DNA of 64,000 bases from Octopus vulgaris (Eukaryota), in contig OX597832.1 in the NCBI GenBank assembly GCA_951406725.2, positions 47,430,001-47,494,000 of the forward strand. The letters are read 5' to 3'. Position numbers and translations under genes: made by a program. Within the stretch, counting starts at the first letter, position 1. Every line of letters starts with the position of its first letter. The notes under the pieces are model-generated. The model worked only from the letters and a program-made list of their open reading frames with translations, did not search any database and was not told where the DNA came from. Below are positions 40,113 to 54,071 of the stretch, in pieces.

Positions 40113-40635
40113 ATTTATGCGCCCTTTTTCTAACCTAGCCAGGTTCATGGGCCCGGTTTCCCGTTTTCTGTGGCGTATGTGTTGCCCCCAGCTGGACAGG
40201 ACGCCAGTCCATCGCAGCATTGCTCAAGAAACAGGAAGAAAGAGTGAACGAAAGTTGGGGCGAAAGAGTACAACAGGGGTCGCCACCACCCCCTACCGGA
40301 GCCTTGTGGAGCTTTTAGGTGCTTTCGCTCAATGAACACACACAACGCCCGGTCTGGGAATCGAAACCGCGATCCTCCGACCGCGAGTCCGCTGCCCTTG
40401 TTGTGTGTGTTTATTGAGCGAAAATACCTAAAAGCTCCACGAGGTTCCGGCAGGGGGTGGTGGCGACCCCTGTTGTACTCTTTCGCCCCAATTTTCTCTC
40501 ACCCTTTCTTCCTGTTTCTTGAGTAACGCTGCGATGGACTGGCTTCCCGTCCAGCTGGGGGGGGGGACACATGCGCCATAGAAACCGGGAAACCGGGCCC
40601 GTGAGCCTGGCTAGGCTTGAAAAGGGCGCATAAAT
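40113..40635. mobile_element. Head-to-head pair of family C SINEs
   Basis: Minus copy 40113-40398 directly abuts plus copy 40399-40635. Confidence 0.88.
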
Positions 40636-41621
40636 AAAAATAAAATAAACCCTTGGAGGCGGTGCTCCAGCATTGCCGCAATACAATGAATGAAGCACGT
40701 AAGAGATAAAAGATATAGATAATTGAGTTGTTTATATTTTCAGATTTACGAAACATTTATTTAAATGTCGTCTCTTGAACAAAAGAAGTTTCACTATTCC
40801 TTTCTCTTTCGAGTTATCTAAACGTATTTTCGAAACAAAACCAAAAAAAGGCCTTTTCATGGCTTATAACATTTGTGGTATTACAATTCTCTTTATATAT
40901 ATTTCTTACGGTTGTTTGTTAAATCTCGTCTGTTTATTTGCTTATATGGTTTTTACTTCTTCTTCTTTTATGAGATAAGGCGTTTTCACAGAACGTTCAC
41001 AAACGATTGAGTATATTGACCTTACAGAATAAATATTTGTGTTTGCCTCATTTTGCTTTTTTATTTTACACTTTAGCAAAAAAGATTCAGTTTTTATGAT
41101 TGAAGCCACAACACACGAAAATCGTTTCCAAAATGATATTTAATTTTTTTAAATTTCATTGTTCATTTTTCAGTAGTTTTATTCTCATTTTCCCGTTTTC
41201 AATGCTTTACAGAATACATCTCAATAGGTCTTCTATTTTCTCCTGCATTGAACCTAATCTATATGTATGCGTTGTACACTGTCTAATTGCGCTATTTTCT
41301 GTTTGTTGTGCATATTTGCACTCCTGAGATTTCCGCAATTTCTTTATTGGCATATTTTCGGGAGGATTTGTTTTTTGTTATTGTTTTTGTTTAGTTTTTT
41401 GTTTGTTTTCTTTTTAACCATTCCCAAAGCGTCTATTATTAGAGGGATCCACAAAAGCCTTTGAACGGAACCTAACAACAAGTTTTTTTACATGTAATAA
41501 AAGATCGTTATTTGCACAGTGCACAGCGAGATATGAAGCAATGTTTTGCATAATCATTCTAAATACGTTCCGACAGATTCAAATGCAAATACGCTAATCG
41601 TTGCTGTGTACATCATATCAG

Positions 41622-42062
41622 AGATCTTTTCGGTTTGACCGGCAGTTTTTTTAAATAATTTCCACGTAACTAAACACTTTTAAACTTCGTATACTGGTAG
41701 AATGTGTTTATAAAACATATTTTTTCTCTTGGCTTTATTGGGAAAGTTCTATAGTTTGTAAGATATTTGTTGTTGTTTTTTTTCTTCAATTTCTGCAATT
41801 TCAACCAATCAATGACGTCTATTGAGGTGAAAACATTCTGTGCCGTATGAAAATGTCCCTCGTTTAAGAAACAGATTGGGTTTATTTACATTTCTGAAGA
41901 AAAAAAAGATACCATTCCCCCCACCCCTAACCCTAACCCTAACTCTAACCCTAACCCTAAAACAGATTGAAATGCAATAAATCGATACTAGGGTCATAAT
42001 TATGGGTGACAATTTCATATGACACCGCTAGAAAAAAACTGCCGGTCAAACCGAAAAGATCC
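41622..42062 (-). mobile_element. MITE with about 28-bp TIRs, 8-bp TSD and internal (TTAGGG)n
   Basis: TIR (G/A)GATCTTTTCGGTTTGACCGGCAGTTTT; TSD CATATCAG; second copy at 61922-62360. Confidence 0.9.
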
Positions 42063-42322
42063 CATATCAGTACAACTTCTCCCTTTTACAACGACAATGT
42101 TTTCATAACGCAAGGGATTCTGGGACGCCAGTATTCTGATACGCTGTTTCTCGTCAGCCAGAAATAGCCTGACCGTTGAGCTTAAACAAACAACTTTGCT
42201 TTCTATTTCTTTGCTGGATAAATTCTTTGCTGATCAGTGCTTATTTCTATCAAAAGATGAAAAAAAAAAATTCTTACATTATTTACATTTGACGGATATT
42301 TGTTCTCATCTTCTTTGTTGTT

Positions 42323-42368
42323 GACACAACGTTTCGGCTGATATACCCTCCAGCCTTCATCAGGTGTC
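42323..42368 (-). ncRNA. Minimal type I hammerhead ribozyme motif, PLE-type
   Basis: GACAC-CTGATGA-A-GGCTG-(10 nt)-CAGCC-GAA-ACGT-T-GTGTC: intact core, perfect stems I and II, palindromic stem III. Confidence 0.8.
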
Positions 42369-42407
42369 TTAGGGAAATTTCGAACCTGGGTTCTCATTAC
42401 TGTTGCT

Positions 42408-42804
<397 letters not shown>

Positions 42805-43201
42805 TTAATTGCGCTTTTTAAAGGAAAGAAAACCAGATGTTATACGTATAAGCGAAAATGTCATCACTGTCTTAGAAACGAAACAACTCGTAAAATGTTC
42901 GTCGTTAAATACTTTTGCCTTTCGCCTTCTAAATATTTGAAATCTGTCGAACAACTAATCCATTAGTTCTGTAGTTATTCCTAATTGTTTATGCCCGTAG
43001 GGACACAAATAATCTCCTTTAAACCAACACGTCACGTAATGTTTATCAACATATCTCTCACTATATACGTATGAGTCTGAATGTATACGCATACACACAC
43101 ACACACATGTATGTATGTATATATGTATTTATGTATGTATGTATGTATGTATATATATACATATATATATACATATATAAGCAAAAGTACATCAGATAAA
43201 A

Positions 43202-43250
<49 letters not shown>

Positions 43251-43285
43251 CATATATAAAGCAAAAGTACATCAGATAAAAATAA

Positions 43286-43376
<91 letters not shown>

Positions 43377-43381
43377 TATAT

Positions 43382-44100
43382 AGAACAAAAAAAACACAAT
43401 AGAGGTCATTAAAACGTTCAGACAGACGACACAAAGGCGGACAAGAGAAACAACAATTAGAAGGATGGGCAAAAAGAAAGTCGGGTCATTCTTGGCTTTC
43501 TTTCATCAGTCAAGTACCAGAAGTCACGACCATTTCGGACAGTTACACATGAGATTGTTCGATTTGGTTTTTCCCGAAAATAGTCTAAGCTAAGAGCATT
43601 GGACCCCTTTGTAAGAAAGCTAGCGAATGTGTACGGCAACAAAGACGAAAAAAAACCAAAATACGGAGAACATGGTACACAATTGCGAATACATATATAT
43701 TTATATAAATAAAAAAAAATCGGAATAAGAATGTAACGGACGACAATAAAAGCATAAGGACAGGTGGACGATACAAAGACGGACAGCAAAACCAGGTCGC
43801 ACCATTCGTGGCTTTCTATTCATCAGTCAAGCTTCAAATCATCACTACAGTTTCGGCCTGTTACACTTAAGATTGTTCAAAATTGGTAGGCCACAAAAAT
43901 CTAAGCTAAGGGCATTATATTTTTGGAAGAAAGCGAGCGAATAAGTGCGACAGCAGGGACAAAAAGGTGAGAAAACGGAGAAAATGTTACACGATTAAAA
44001 ATACAAACAGCAAGAATAACAACAGGTGTCTTTCGACTAAAAGGACAAGTTAGGTTAAGCTGGCGTGTGAAGCGGAAGCCATACGGCAACAAACATAGAT
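43382..44100 (-). mobile_element. Two diverged tandem copies of the scrambled-hammerhead element
   Basis: 43382-43692 and about 43715-44100, TA-flanked; both keep CCGAAA...CTTGACTGATGA on the minus strand. Confidence 0.7.
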
Positions 44101-44106
44101 GAAAGT

Positions 44107-44376
44107 CAGTGGTTAGGGCGGTCGTAGGATCGCGGTTTCGATTCCCAGACCGGGCGTTATGAGTGTTTATTGAGCGAAAACACCTAAAAGCTCCACGACG
44201 CTCCGGCAGGGGGTGCTGATCCATGCTGTACTCTTTCACCACTCTTTCTCTCACTCTTTCTTCTGTTGGCCTGCTCGCTTAGCCAGCGGGGTGGCGTCAT
44301 TCGAAGGCTAAAACAATGCGAACGCATTGTGACCAGCGATGTGTAACAACATCTGATGGTCTGGTCGGTCACGTGA
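44107..44376 (+). mobile_element. SINE family C, tail type i
   Basis: Homolog of 1719-2026. Confidence 0.85.
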
Positions 44377-44402
44377 TATGTATATATATATGAATATGTG
44401 TT

Positions 44403-44439
<37 letters not shown>

Positions 44440-44522
44440 GTATGTGTATAGTTATATATATATATAGTTGTCTACACCACCTGTCTTTGTCTATTGTTTT
44501 TTGTGAATTCTCCCTACGTATG

Positions 44523-44570
<48 letters not shown>

Positions 44571-45803
44571 AATATACAAATATATATCCAAATATACGTA
44601 TATACATATATTAAAAAATAAGATAAGGCACCATTTAAATGCTTTATTTAAACCCCATAATTATATATAATATTATCCAAAATATGACAAACGTTTGAAA
44701 CACGTGGTATGCGCTCATATATAAATATATATAAATGTGTGTATGTGCGCGTGTGTTCGTTTATCTGTGTGTGTTTGTGCCTCTGTGTGCGTGTGCGTAT
44801 GCGTGTGTTTGTGTGTGCTTATATGTCTGTTTGTGTGTTGGATTAAGCTGACATTGGATTAAATCAAGAAACTTTTATTTTTGTGCTACGTTTCAGATGT
44901 TTTGTGTTTTCCCACCACCATAAAAATTGGCCCACTAACACATTATATTATTTTCCATAGGTTACAGGCTGTGTGCTTCGAGGTACCGTTGGTTGTTAGA
45001 CGACGTGTAAAAGCTTTGCCTGGTTTGAAATATAGGACTGAACAGAGAGAAGGGTAGCAGGGAAGGCGTATTAGTTTTTACCGCTAATCCGACTACTTAT
45101 CAGATTTGTGTGAAATTAAGATCAATGTTAAATATTTCCTTGAGTGATTACAATTAAATATAACTGCGTATGGATGGAAAAATTGCTGTGTTGGCGCGCG
45201 TGCGCTCGTGTGTACGCGTGTGTGTTTATCTGTATGTTACCTGTGTGAGTGCGTGTGTGTGTGTATGAGTGTTTTATCGTGTGGCTATTTGAATGATCTG
45301 TTTGTGTGGTGCATGCAATGTGTTCATGAATGTAGTTGTAGTTTTATGCCTAATAATTGCGCCTAGGAGCTATGTACATTTATGTGTGTGTGTCTGTTGT
45401 TAATGTGCATAGATTCGTTTCATCAAGTTGTATGTAACTATATGTATGTATGGTTGTGTGTGTGCGCGCGTGTTAGTGTTTGTGTGCGTGCATGTGTGGA
45501 GTGTGTGTATATGTGTGTATATGTGTGTGTGCGATTGCATGTGTGTAGATATAGATAAGTGTGTTTGTGTGTGTGTATTTGTATATATATATGTACGAGT
45601 ATTTATGTATCTATGTACATATATATATACAAATATATGTGTATATATATAAATATATATGTATGAGTGTGTTTAAGTATTTACGTATCTATGTACATGT
45701 ATATAGAAATATATGTGTATATATATAAATATATATGTATGAGTATATATATGTATGTATGTAGGTAGGTATGTACGTATATATGCATGTTTAAATGTAT
45801 GTA

Positions 45804-45892
<89 letters not shown>

Positions 45893-46297
45893 AAGATCTA
45901 TATAAACATATAGTTATGCATATATGTACATGTAAATGTGTTTGCGTGTGTATGCGTGTGTAAATGGAAACAGCGTTCCTTTCAAAAGTGTTATATTAAA
46001 AATACAACAATGATCAAACATGGCCTTTTTTTTATTAATGATCTTTTCATATTTCTTTATTAATATTTTCTAATTGCTCTGGACAAAACATTCCTATATC
46101 TAATTAGTATAACGGATCGAGTCTTTAGCAATCGCATTCTCATAATAAATTGTTGTAAATGTTGTACTATTCATGTATTTTGCAGTAAGTTGCAAAGGGT
46201 ACTTGGAATAGTTATACAACTGATAAAATTATCAATGCCGGACTAAAACCTATACGACAAAAAATCCTAGTAAACTTTCATATCATGCTGTACATAT

Positions 46298-46720
46298 AGG
46301 CGCAGGAGTGGCTGTGTGGTAAGTAGCTTGCTAACCAACCACATGGTTCCGGGTTCAGTCCCATTGCGTGGCATCTTGGGCAAGTGTCTTCTGCTATAGC
46401 TCCGGTCGACCAATGCCTTGTGAGTGGATTTGGTAGACGGAAACTGAAAGAAGCATGTCGTATATATGTATGTATATATATATATATATGTGTGTATGTG
46501 TTTGTGTGTCTGTGTTTGTCCCCCCTAGCATTGCTTGACAAACGATGCTGGTGTGTTTACGTCCCCGTCACTTAGCGGTTCGGCAAAAGAGACCGATAGA
46601 ATAAGTACTGGGCTTACAAAAAATAAGTCTCGGGGTCGATTTGCCCGACTAAAGGCGGTGCTCCAGCATGGCCGCAGTCAAATGACTGAAACAAGTAAAA
46701 GAGTAAAAGAGAAAAGAGTA
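46298..46720 (+). mobile_element. SINE family B
   Basis: Full-length copy. Confidence 0.92.
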
Positions 46721-46724
46721 TATG

Positions 46725-47308
46725 TCTATCTCAGTCGATCGACTTATCCGGACGAACCTAACTTTTTTACGCCAGACTTCTCGATTGAGGGATCAGGCAT
46801 GAGTGTCTAGCCTGAGTTTTAGTCACATCAGTCTATCCCCTAGCTACGGATGAAAGCAACTGTTTGCTTACTGAAACGGTTGATCCTGGCCGTTGACTTT
46901 GTTCAACTACCCAGCTTCTGGTGAAATAGTTCACATCCATCATGCTGTATCACATGATTTTATGCCGGAGTTATCCCAGTTACCTGAGTTACCTTCTCCT
47001 AGAAGGATGCCCTAACAAAGGCTAGGAGTCCTTCACTCCCAATGGTTTAACCGCGCGATCGGGTATTCAGTCCGATTATTTCTATGTCCCCGCGCATGAT
47101 ACATCCTTAAGACATTTATTGGATGGCCGTTGACTCTCAAGAGTTCCTCCACCCTTTGACGGGTTTTGTTTTTCATCCGGCAGGGTGTCCAATATACACC
47201 CTCCTCACCAAGCAAGCTTGGTGGGGTTGCCGGTTTAGCCGCCGCCGACCCGACCATGCAACAGGTTGTACTGGGTTACATGTTACGAGTAGCACTCGAA
47301 AGTGACCT
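46725..47308 (-). mobile_element. Probable non-autonomous RTE-derived element
   Basis: Contains GGGCATCCTTCTAGGAGAAGGTAACTC, resembling the conserved RTE 5' UTR motif; no long ORF. Confidence 0.5.
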
Positions 47309-47309
47309 G

Positions 47310-47326
47310 ACATATACATACATACA

Positions 47327-47357
<31 letters not shown>

Positions 47358-48066
47358 CATACATACATACATAACATACATACATTACATACATACATAC
47401 ATACATACATACATGCATGCATACATACATACATATATGCATACATACATACATAAATACATACACACATACATACATACATACATACATACATGCATAC
47501 ATACATACTTTAATACATACATACATACATACATACATACATGCATGCATACATACATACATACATACATACATACATACATACATACATACGTACGTAC
47601 GTACGTACATACATACATACATAACATACATACATTACATACATACATACATACATACATACATGCATACATACATACATACATACATACATACATACAT
47701 ACATACATACATACATACATACATACATAAATACATACATACATACATACACACACACATACATACATACATACATACATACATACATACATACATACAT
47801 ACATACATACATACATACATACATACATACATGGATACATACATACATACATACATACATACATACATACATACATACATACATACATACATACATACAT
47901 ACATACATACATGGATACATACATACATACATAAATACATACATACATACATACATACATACATACATACATACATACATACATACATGGATACATACAT
48001 ACATACATAAATACATACATACATACATACATACATACATACATACATACATACATACATACATAC
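47310..48066. repeat. (CATA)n array
   Basis: Directly visible. Confidence 0.95.
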
Positions 48067-48411
48067 TTTAATACATACGATCTTTAATTTGCGATTAATA
48101 AAGATTTCATAGTTATTCACTTTCCTTATATTTTTGGTTTTCCTTTCGTTCTGAAATTCTTCATAACACTTAAGTCTTCAAGCCTTTGCGTTGTCGTTGT
48201 TGTTGTTGTTGTTGTTATAGGTGTTGTATTTGTTGTTTTTTCTTATTCTTGTTCTTGTTCTTCTTTGCGACAACAGCTGTGCTGGTGTTTGGGGTGAATG
48301 GAAGCTCTGTTACGGCCATGAAGCCGCTACCACTGTGTTGCCTATGTTGCTTATATGTTGACGGTGGCAGGGATGTTGGCACTGATGGGCATTACGATGG
48401 TGATGGAGATG

Positions 48412-49090
48412 CTGGTGGTGGTGGTGGTGGCGGCGGCGGTGGTGGTGGTGGTGGTGGTGGTGGCGGCGGCGGTGGTGGTGGCGGTGATAGCGGTAGTCGT
48501 GGTGGTAGTGATGTGGTGGTGATGGTTTTGGGGATGGTGGTGGGGATAGTTCTAGGGATGGTGGTAGTGGTGGTGGTGGTGGTGTTGGTGGTGGTGTTGG
48601 CGATGATAGCGTTAGTCGTGGTGGTAGTGATGTGGTGGTGATGGTTTTGGGGATGGTGGTGGGGATAGTTCTAGGGATGGTGGTAGTGGTGGTGGTGGTG
48701 GTGGTGGTGGTGGTGGTGGTGGTGGTGGTGGTGTTGGCGATGATAGCGGTAGTCGTGGTGGTAGTGATGTGGTGGTGATGGTTTTGGGGATGGTGGTGGG
48801 GATAGTTCTAGGGATGGTGGTAGTGGTGGTGGTGGTGGTGGTGGTGTTGGTGGTGTTGGCGGTGATAGCGGTAGTCGTGGTGATAGTGATGTGGTGGGGA
48901 TGGTGGTGGGGATAGTTCTAGGGATGGTGGTGATGGTGGTGGTGGTGGTGGTGGTTGTGGTGATAGCGACGGCAGTAGTGGCGGCTGCGGCAACGGCAGT
49001 GGTGGAGGTAATAATGTGGTGGTGATGGTTTTAGTGATGGTGGTGGTGGTGGTGGTGATGTTTGTGATAATGGTGGTGGTAGTGGTGCGT
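48412..49090. repeat. (GGT)n array with a higher-order unit of about 120-140 bp
   Basis: GATAGCGGTAGTCGTGG...GGGGATAGTTCTAGGGATGG recurs four times. Confidence 0.85.
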
Positions 49091-49291
49091 GTGCTGATGA
49101 TGTTGACGTGGAGGTCATGATGATGAGGAAAGATGCTGGCAACAGCGGCGTTCATGGTGATGGCGATGGTGTTGATTGTGTAGGTGGGGATTTGGTGGGG
49201 TGGAGATGATGGTGATTGCATTCGGGAAGTTACTTTTGAATCTCGACTAATATTAGATGTGATGATGCTGACTGAGAGACATTGACTATAT

Positions 49292-49337
49292 TGATGATGA
49301 TGATGATGATGGCGGCGGCGGCGGTGGTGGTGACGAA

Positions 49338-49393
<56 letters not shown>

Positions 49394-49442
49394 CGACGAC
49401 GACGATGATGATGATGATGATGACGACGACGACGATGACGAA

Positions 49443-49474
<32 letters not shown>

Positions 49475-49542
49475 CGATGATGATGGCGGTGGTGATGACG
49501 ATGATGATGATGATGATAATGATGATGATAATAATGATGATT

Positions 49543-49623
<81 letters not shown>

Positions 49624-49666
49624 GTGATGATGACGAAGATGATGATGGTGATGATGATGATGATGA
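49292..49666. repeat. (GAT)n array
   Basis: Directly visible. Confidence 0.95.
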
Positions 49667-49990
49667 AAGGTGGTAGTGATGGTGGTGGAGACGACAATGA
49701 TGACGACAATGATGATGAGGAGAAGAGGAGGAGAAAGAAGAGAGGGAGGGGGCGGAGCGGTACAACAACGACAACGATGACGACGACGATAACAGTAACG
49801 ATTAACAAGGATAATTACAACGTTGGTTAATTAGTAGACATGAAAAGTAAATCATTCATAATAAACTTCAATCATATCAGTTGACTTCACTGCGATTATT
49901 AGAGATCTGTGTTCGCGCGTGCGCGCGTGTTTGGGGAGGAAACGGTGCTACGTATAATAGTATTTACTTATCGATTCATATGCGCACACT

Positions 49991-50035
<45 letters not shown>

Positions 50036-50293
50036 GCATATATACATGTATGTATGTATATATAAATGTATATGCATATTCATGTATATTTGTTCATTTG
50101 AGTCTTTGTGTGTGTGTGAGTGCGTGTGTGTGTGTGTGTGTGTGTGTGTTAGTGTGTGTTAATGTGTGTGTCGACAGATTACTCCTAATTATGCTCATAT
50201 ACGTAAATATATTTACACACCTACAGTTCATTTCACGAGCAGACACGGAGAAACAGTACTTCAGTACAAACGCACGCACGCACACACACACAC

Positions 50294-50348
<55 letters not shown>

Positions 50349-50409
50349 TAAATATATACATATATATATAGATAAATATATATATATGTATACACACATG
50401 TTTAAATAA

Positions 50410-50446
<37 letters not shown>

Positions 50447-50567
50447 TACACGTATATATGTATATATGATATAGGTATGCATGTATGTGTATGTGTGTAT
50501 ATACATCCACGTATATATATATGGACACGCACACAAACTCATTCATAACACACATGCACATACATAC

Positions 50568-50600
<33 letters not shown>

Positions 50601-50889
50601 TAATTACCCAACACAGTACACAGCACACAGCGTTCGCGTACTAAATCATCCACACTAATTAATAATATCAACAGATTAGTATTAATTGTCTTTCGGACGG
50701 ATGAAAACAACTTCGCGCCTAAATGAAGAGTTTATGCTTTGGTTTGCTGTAATTACCTGCGCGTTTCCTCTCCGTCGTAGCTGGCATGCGGGCTTTGCTC
50801 TTCGCTGTTTGTCGTTGTTGCTATCGTCATTAAGCGCAAGCAGTGAGGTTGTAACGGTTGTTCTGTTGTGGTTGTTATCCTTATTAGTA

Positions 50890-50990
50890 GGGCGGCGAGC
50901 TGGCAGAATCGTTAGCACGCCGGTCGAAATGCTTAGCAGTATTTCGTCTGCTGCTACGTTCTGAGTTCAAATTCCACCGAGGTCGACTTA
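50890..50990 (+). mobile_element. SINE family A, 5' fragment
   Basis: Head through GAGGTCGACTT. Confidence 0.8.
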
Positions 50991-50991
50991 A

Positions 50992-51540
50992 TGAAGAGGC
51001 AGGAGGCTGAGCTGGATGCTAGAATTTCAGGTACTGGCACTGCAATGAGCACGGCAATGCGCCAGTTTTAGCAATCTATCCTCGGGAGATTACGTTGATA
51101 AAATAGTCAAAGTTATGACTTATGGTAATTAATGCCAATAACCTGAAAAGTATGATCGCAAAAACAAGCGACAGAAGTGGAGTTCCTCGGAAGGATCTCT
51201 AGAATAACGTTACCCTACAGGGTATGTAGCTCACAGGTCAGGGTGTCTCTGTAGGTTGAGCCGATACATCCGCCGCATTGAAAGGTTGTAGGTCCGGCAC
51301 TGCGGACACATGGTTAGAATATCACAATAAATCGCAAGACATATTCTTTAAGTCAAGTCAACCTGCAGACCAAGAACGAAATGGTTGGGTAATATCGATA
51401 CTTTACTTGGTCACGCTTGGGAATCCAGCAGGAACGTTGCTTTTAATTGGACCCTATGGAGGAGATACCTGAAGATTCAATCCCCAAGGATCCGTCCAAG
51501 AATAGCGGGCGGTGAAAATGGATGGATGGATGAATGGATA
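50992..51540 (+). pseudogene. RTE-clade (Rex3/Expander-like) LINE 3' end
   Basis: QATEVEFLGRISRITL..RV.SS..R..L*VEP, RIER..RHCGHMVR, RPRTKW, WSRLGI; (GATG)n tail. Confidence 0.8.
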
Positions 51541-53012
51541 AAGGAAGATTATAGGGAAGTAGAAGAGAAAGGAGTTGCGAAATTCTGTTGAGACTGCTGC
51601 AATATTTTCTATGAATTGGTCTTTGTAGTCGTCGATTTTCTAGCTCTTATCTTTAGCAACTTTGTATCTCCTTAGAAGTCAATTAAAATAAATACCATGA
51701 ATGAAATAAGCGTCATGATATATTTCAGGAGTACGATTCTATTTCTAAGGTCTTGGGATTCAAAATCCTATATGGACCCCCTACAGGTCCATTTTTTTGT
51801 TGTTAAAATTTGTGTAATAAATTGCTTACATTTCTACAATCTACAAAATATTTTATTAATTATTTTTATACATTTTAAAAAATATTTTTTAATATTTTTA
51901 TATTTTTAAACAGCGGTGCATCAGCATGGCCGCAGCTTTGAGCTGAAACTACAGCAAAAAAAAATTCCTATTAATGATTATAAATTACAAATACATTAGG
52001 ATAATTTTTTATACATATCGAATAGCTATGGAGGTCCAGCAGCGTAAAATAAGAATCAAAGGGGCCCATAGGCAAACACAAAAAAAAAGAAGAAGAATAG
52101 TTGAGAATCACTGGCGTAGATTTTGCTTCAATGACTCGCAAATCCCCCATTTTGATTGTTGGTTTTGTTGTAATTTTAGTGACATTTTCGTTGGAGTTCT
52201 TGTGGTTATTGTTGCTATGGTGACGGTGGTGGTGATGGTGGTGGTGCGTGCTATTCTGTATACTGCTACTATTACTACTACTACAATCCCAATTTATTAT
52301 ACATTTGCAGTCATTTGTGTTCATTAATCCTCTTGTGGTTTTATCCTTTCGTATTTTCTCTTCTCTGACGGCGCAGATGTTTTAATTGTTCGCTTTTTTC
52401 ACTGTTTTTCTTTTTAACTAATAGTGTATCTCCCGTCGTCGTCGTCGTATTCGTTATTATTTGAGCTGTTGTTGTTGTTGGTGTTGGTGTTACCTGTGAT
52501 GACGAGGCTGTTGTACTTATTTCTGCTTATATATACACAGATATATATGTTCTACTCTGATCAATCTGATATGTTTTCCTCCTGGTGGCAGGATGGCGAC
52601 TAAATGGAGAACTGACCGGCAAAGCTCCATTTTTAACCGACATCAGTGGATTTATAGATATTGACGAGGCAGGGTTTACATTTATATACACACTTCCGCA
52701 TTGTTTACACATACTCATACACATATACATACGTGCAATACATGCACATACATTACATACATATAAACATATATATACACACATATAAACATATATATTA
52801 TATATATATATATCTGATATTTATACATATACATTACATACATACAAACATATATATATATATATCTAATATTTATACATATACATTTCATATATGCACA
52901 CATACATATATATGCATCCATAACATATGAATATACATATACACATTAATTATAGACACGTAAAACTACATATATACATATAAGATACATTTATATATAT
53001 ATACATACATTT

Positions 53013-53077
<65 letters not shown>

Positions 53078-54033
53078 ATACATACATACAACATACATAC
53101 ATACATACATACATACATACATACATACATACATACATACATACATACATACATACACACACACTTCACATATATAAATATATATACAATTTATATCGAA
53201 ATATATATACATCTACACAACATACATACATGTGCATTACATATATACTACAAAAATATACATACGTACAAATGAACTCAAGATATAAATAGTCCTATAT
53301 ACATACAAAAACACGCACAAACACATACAAATATGCATACACATACACTCATACATAGCTAAGTTGCATACATAAATACATAAACACATACATTGTGTAA
53401 GTATATATGTATATATATATACACATATACACACACACAAACGTACATATACACACACACACACACATGTAAAGAAGAAAAGATGTGGCTAAAGAAAGAG
53501 TGTGAAAGGAATGAAATGCGCCATATTGTCTAAAATATAGCCAGTTTTTCATATCCTAAAAGCGAAACATAAAAACACATAAAAAAAACACTAAATGCTA
53601 ATTTTTTAAATTTTAAATGGCCGCGCGGCCTCCCGTTTTTATCAGGATCCTGACTTCGTTAAATGATGGGAAAATACGAAACAGTGCCATATCTACGGAA
53701 TAATTCTTGACCAATTCTTGAGACATATATACCAACTGTTCAGCGAGATCAATCATGCTGTTTGAGCCTTTTGGTTGTTTCGTGGGGGGTGGTCACATTA
53801 TTTATAATAATAACATGTGCAATGATATAAGTTTTAATATAATTTTCTGCATATTTTCCCACTGAGTTGAGACTTAATATATTTTATAAGTGTTCGTTTT
53901 TTTTTTATAATTCAGTATTTCTTTTGCCCATGATCTAACTTGAATTTGCGTCCTAAATACATATACACATACACACAAATCAACACACATAAGTACACAC
54001 ACACACACACACACATTTTCATAAAGCTTCCTG

Positions 54034-54071
<38 letters not shown>

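Noticed and set aside
44950-44990. Micro-exon TTTTCCATAG|...GAG|GTACCG
   Set aside because: Weak donor site and no supporting neighbouring exons.
52555-52680. Possible exon or CTCF-like site in a unique island
   Set aside because: Partial motif match only, and no recognisable protein similarity.
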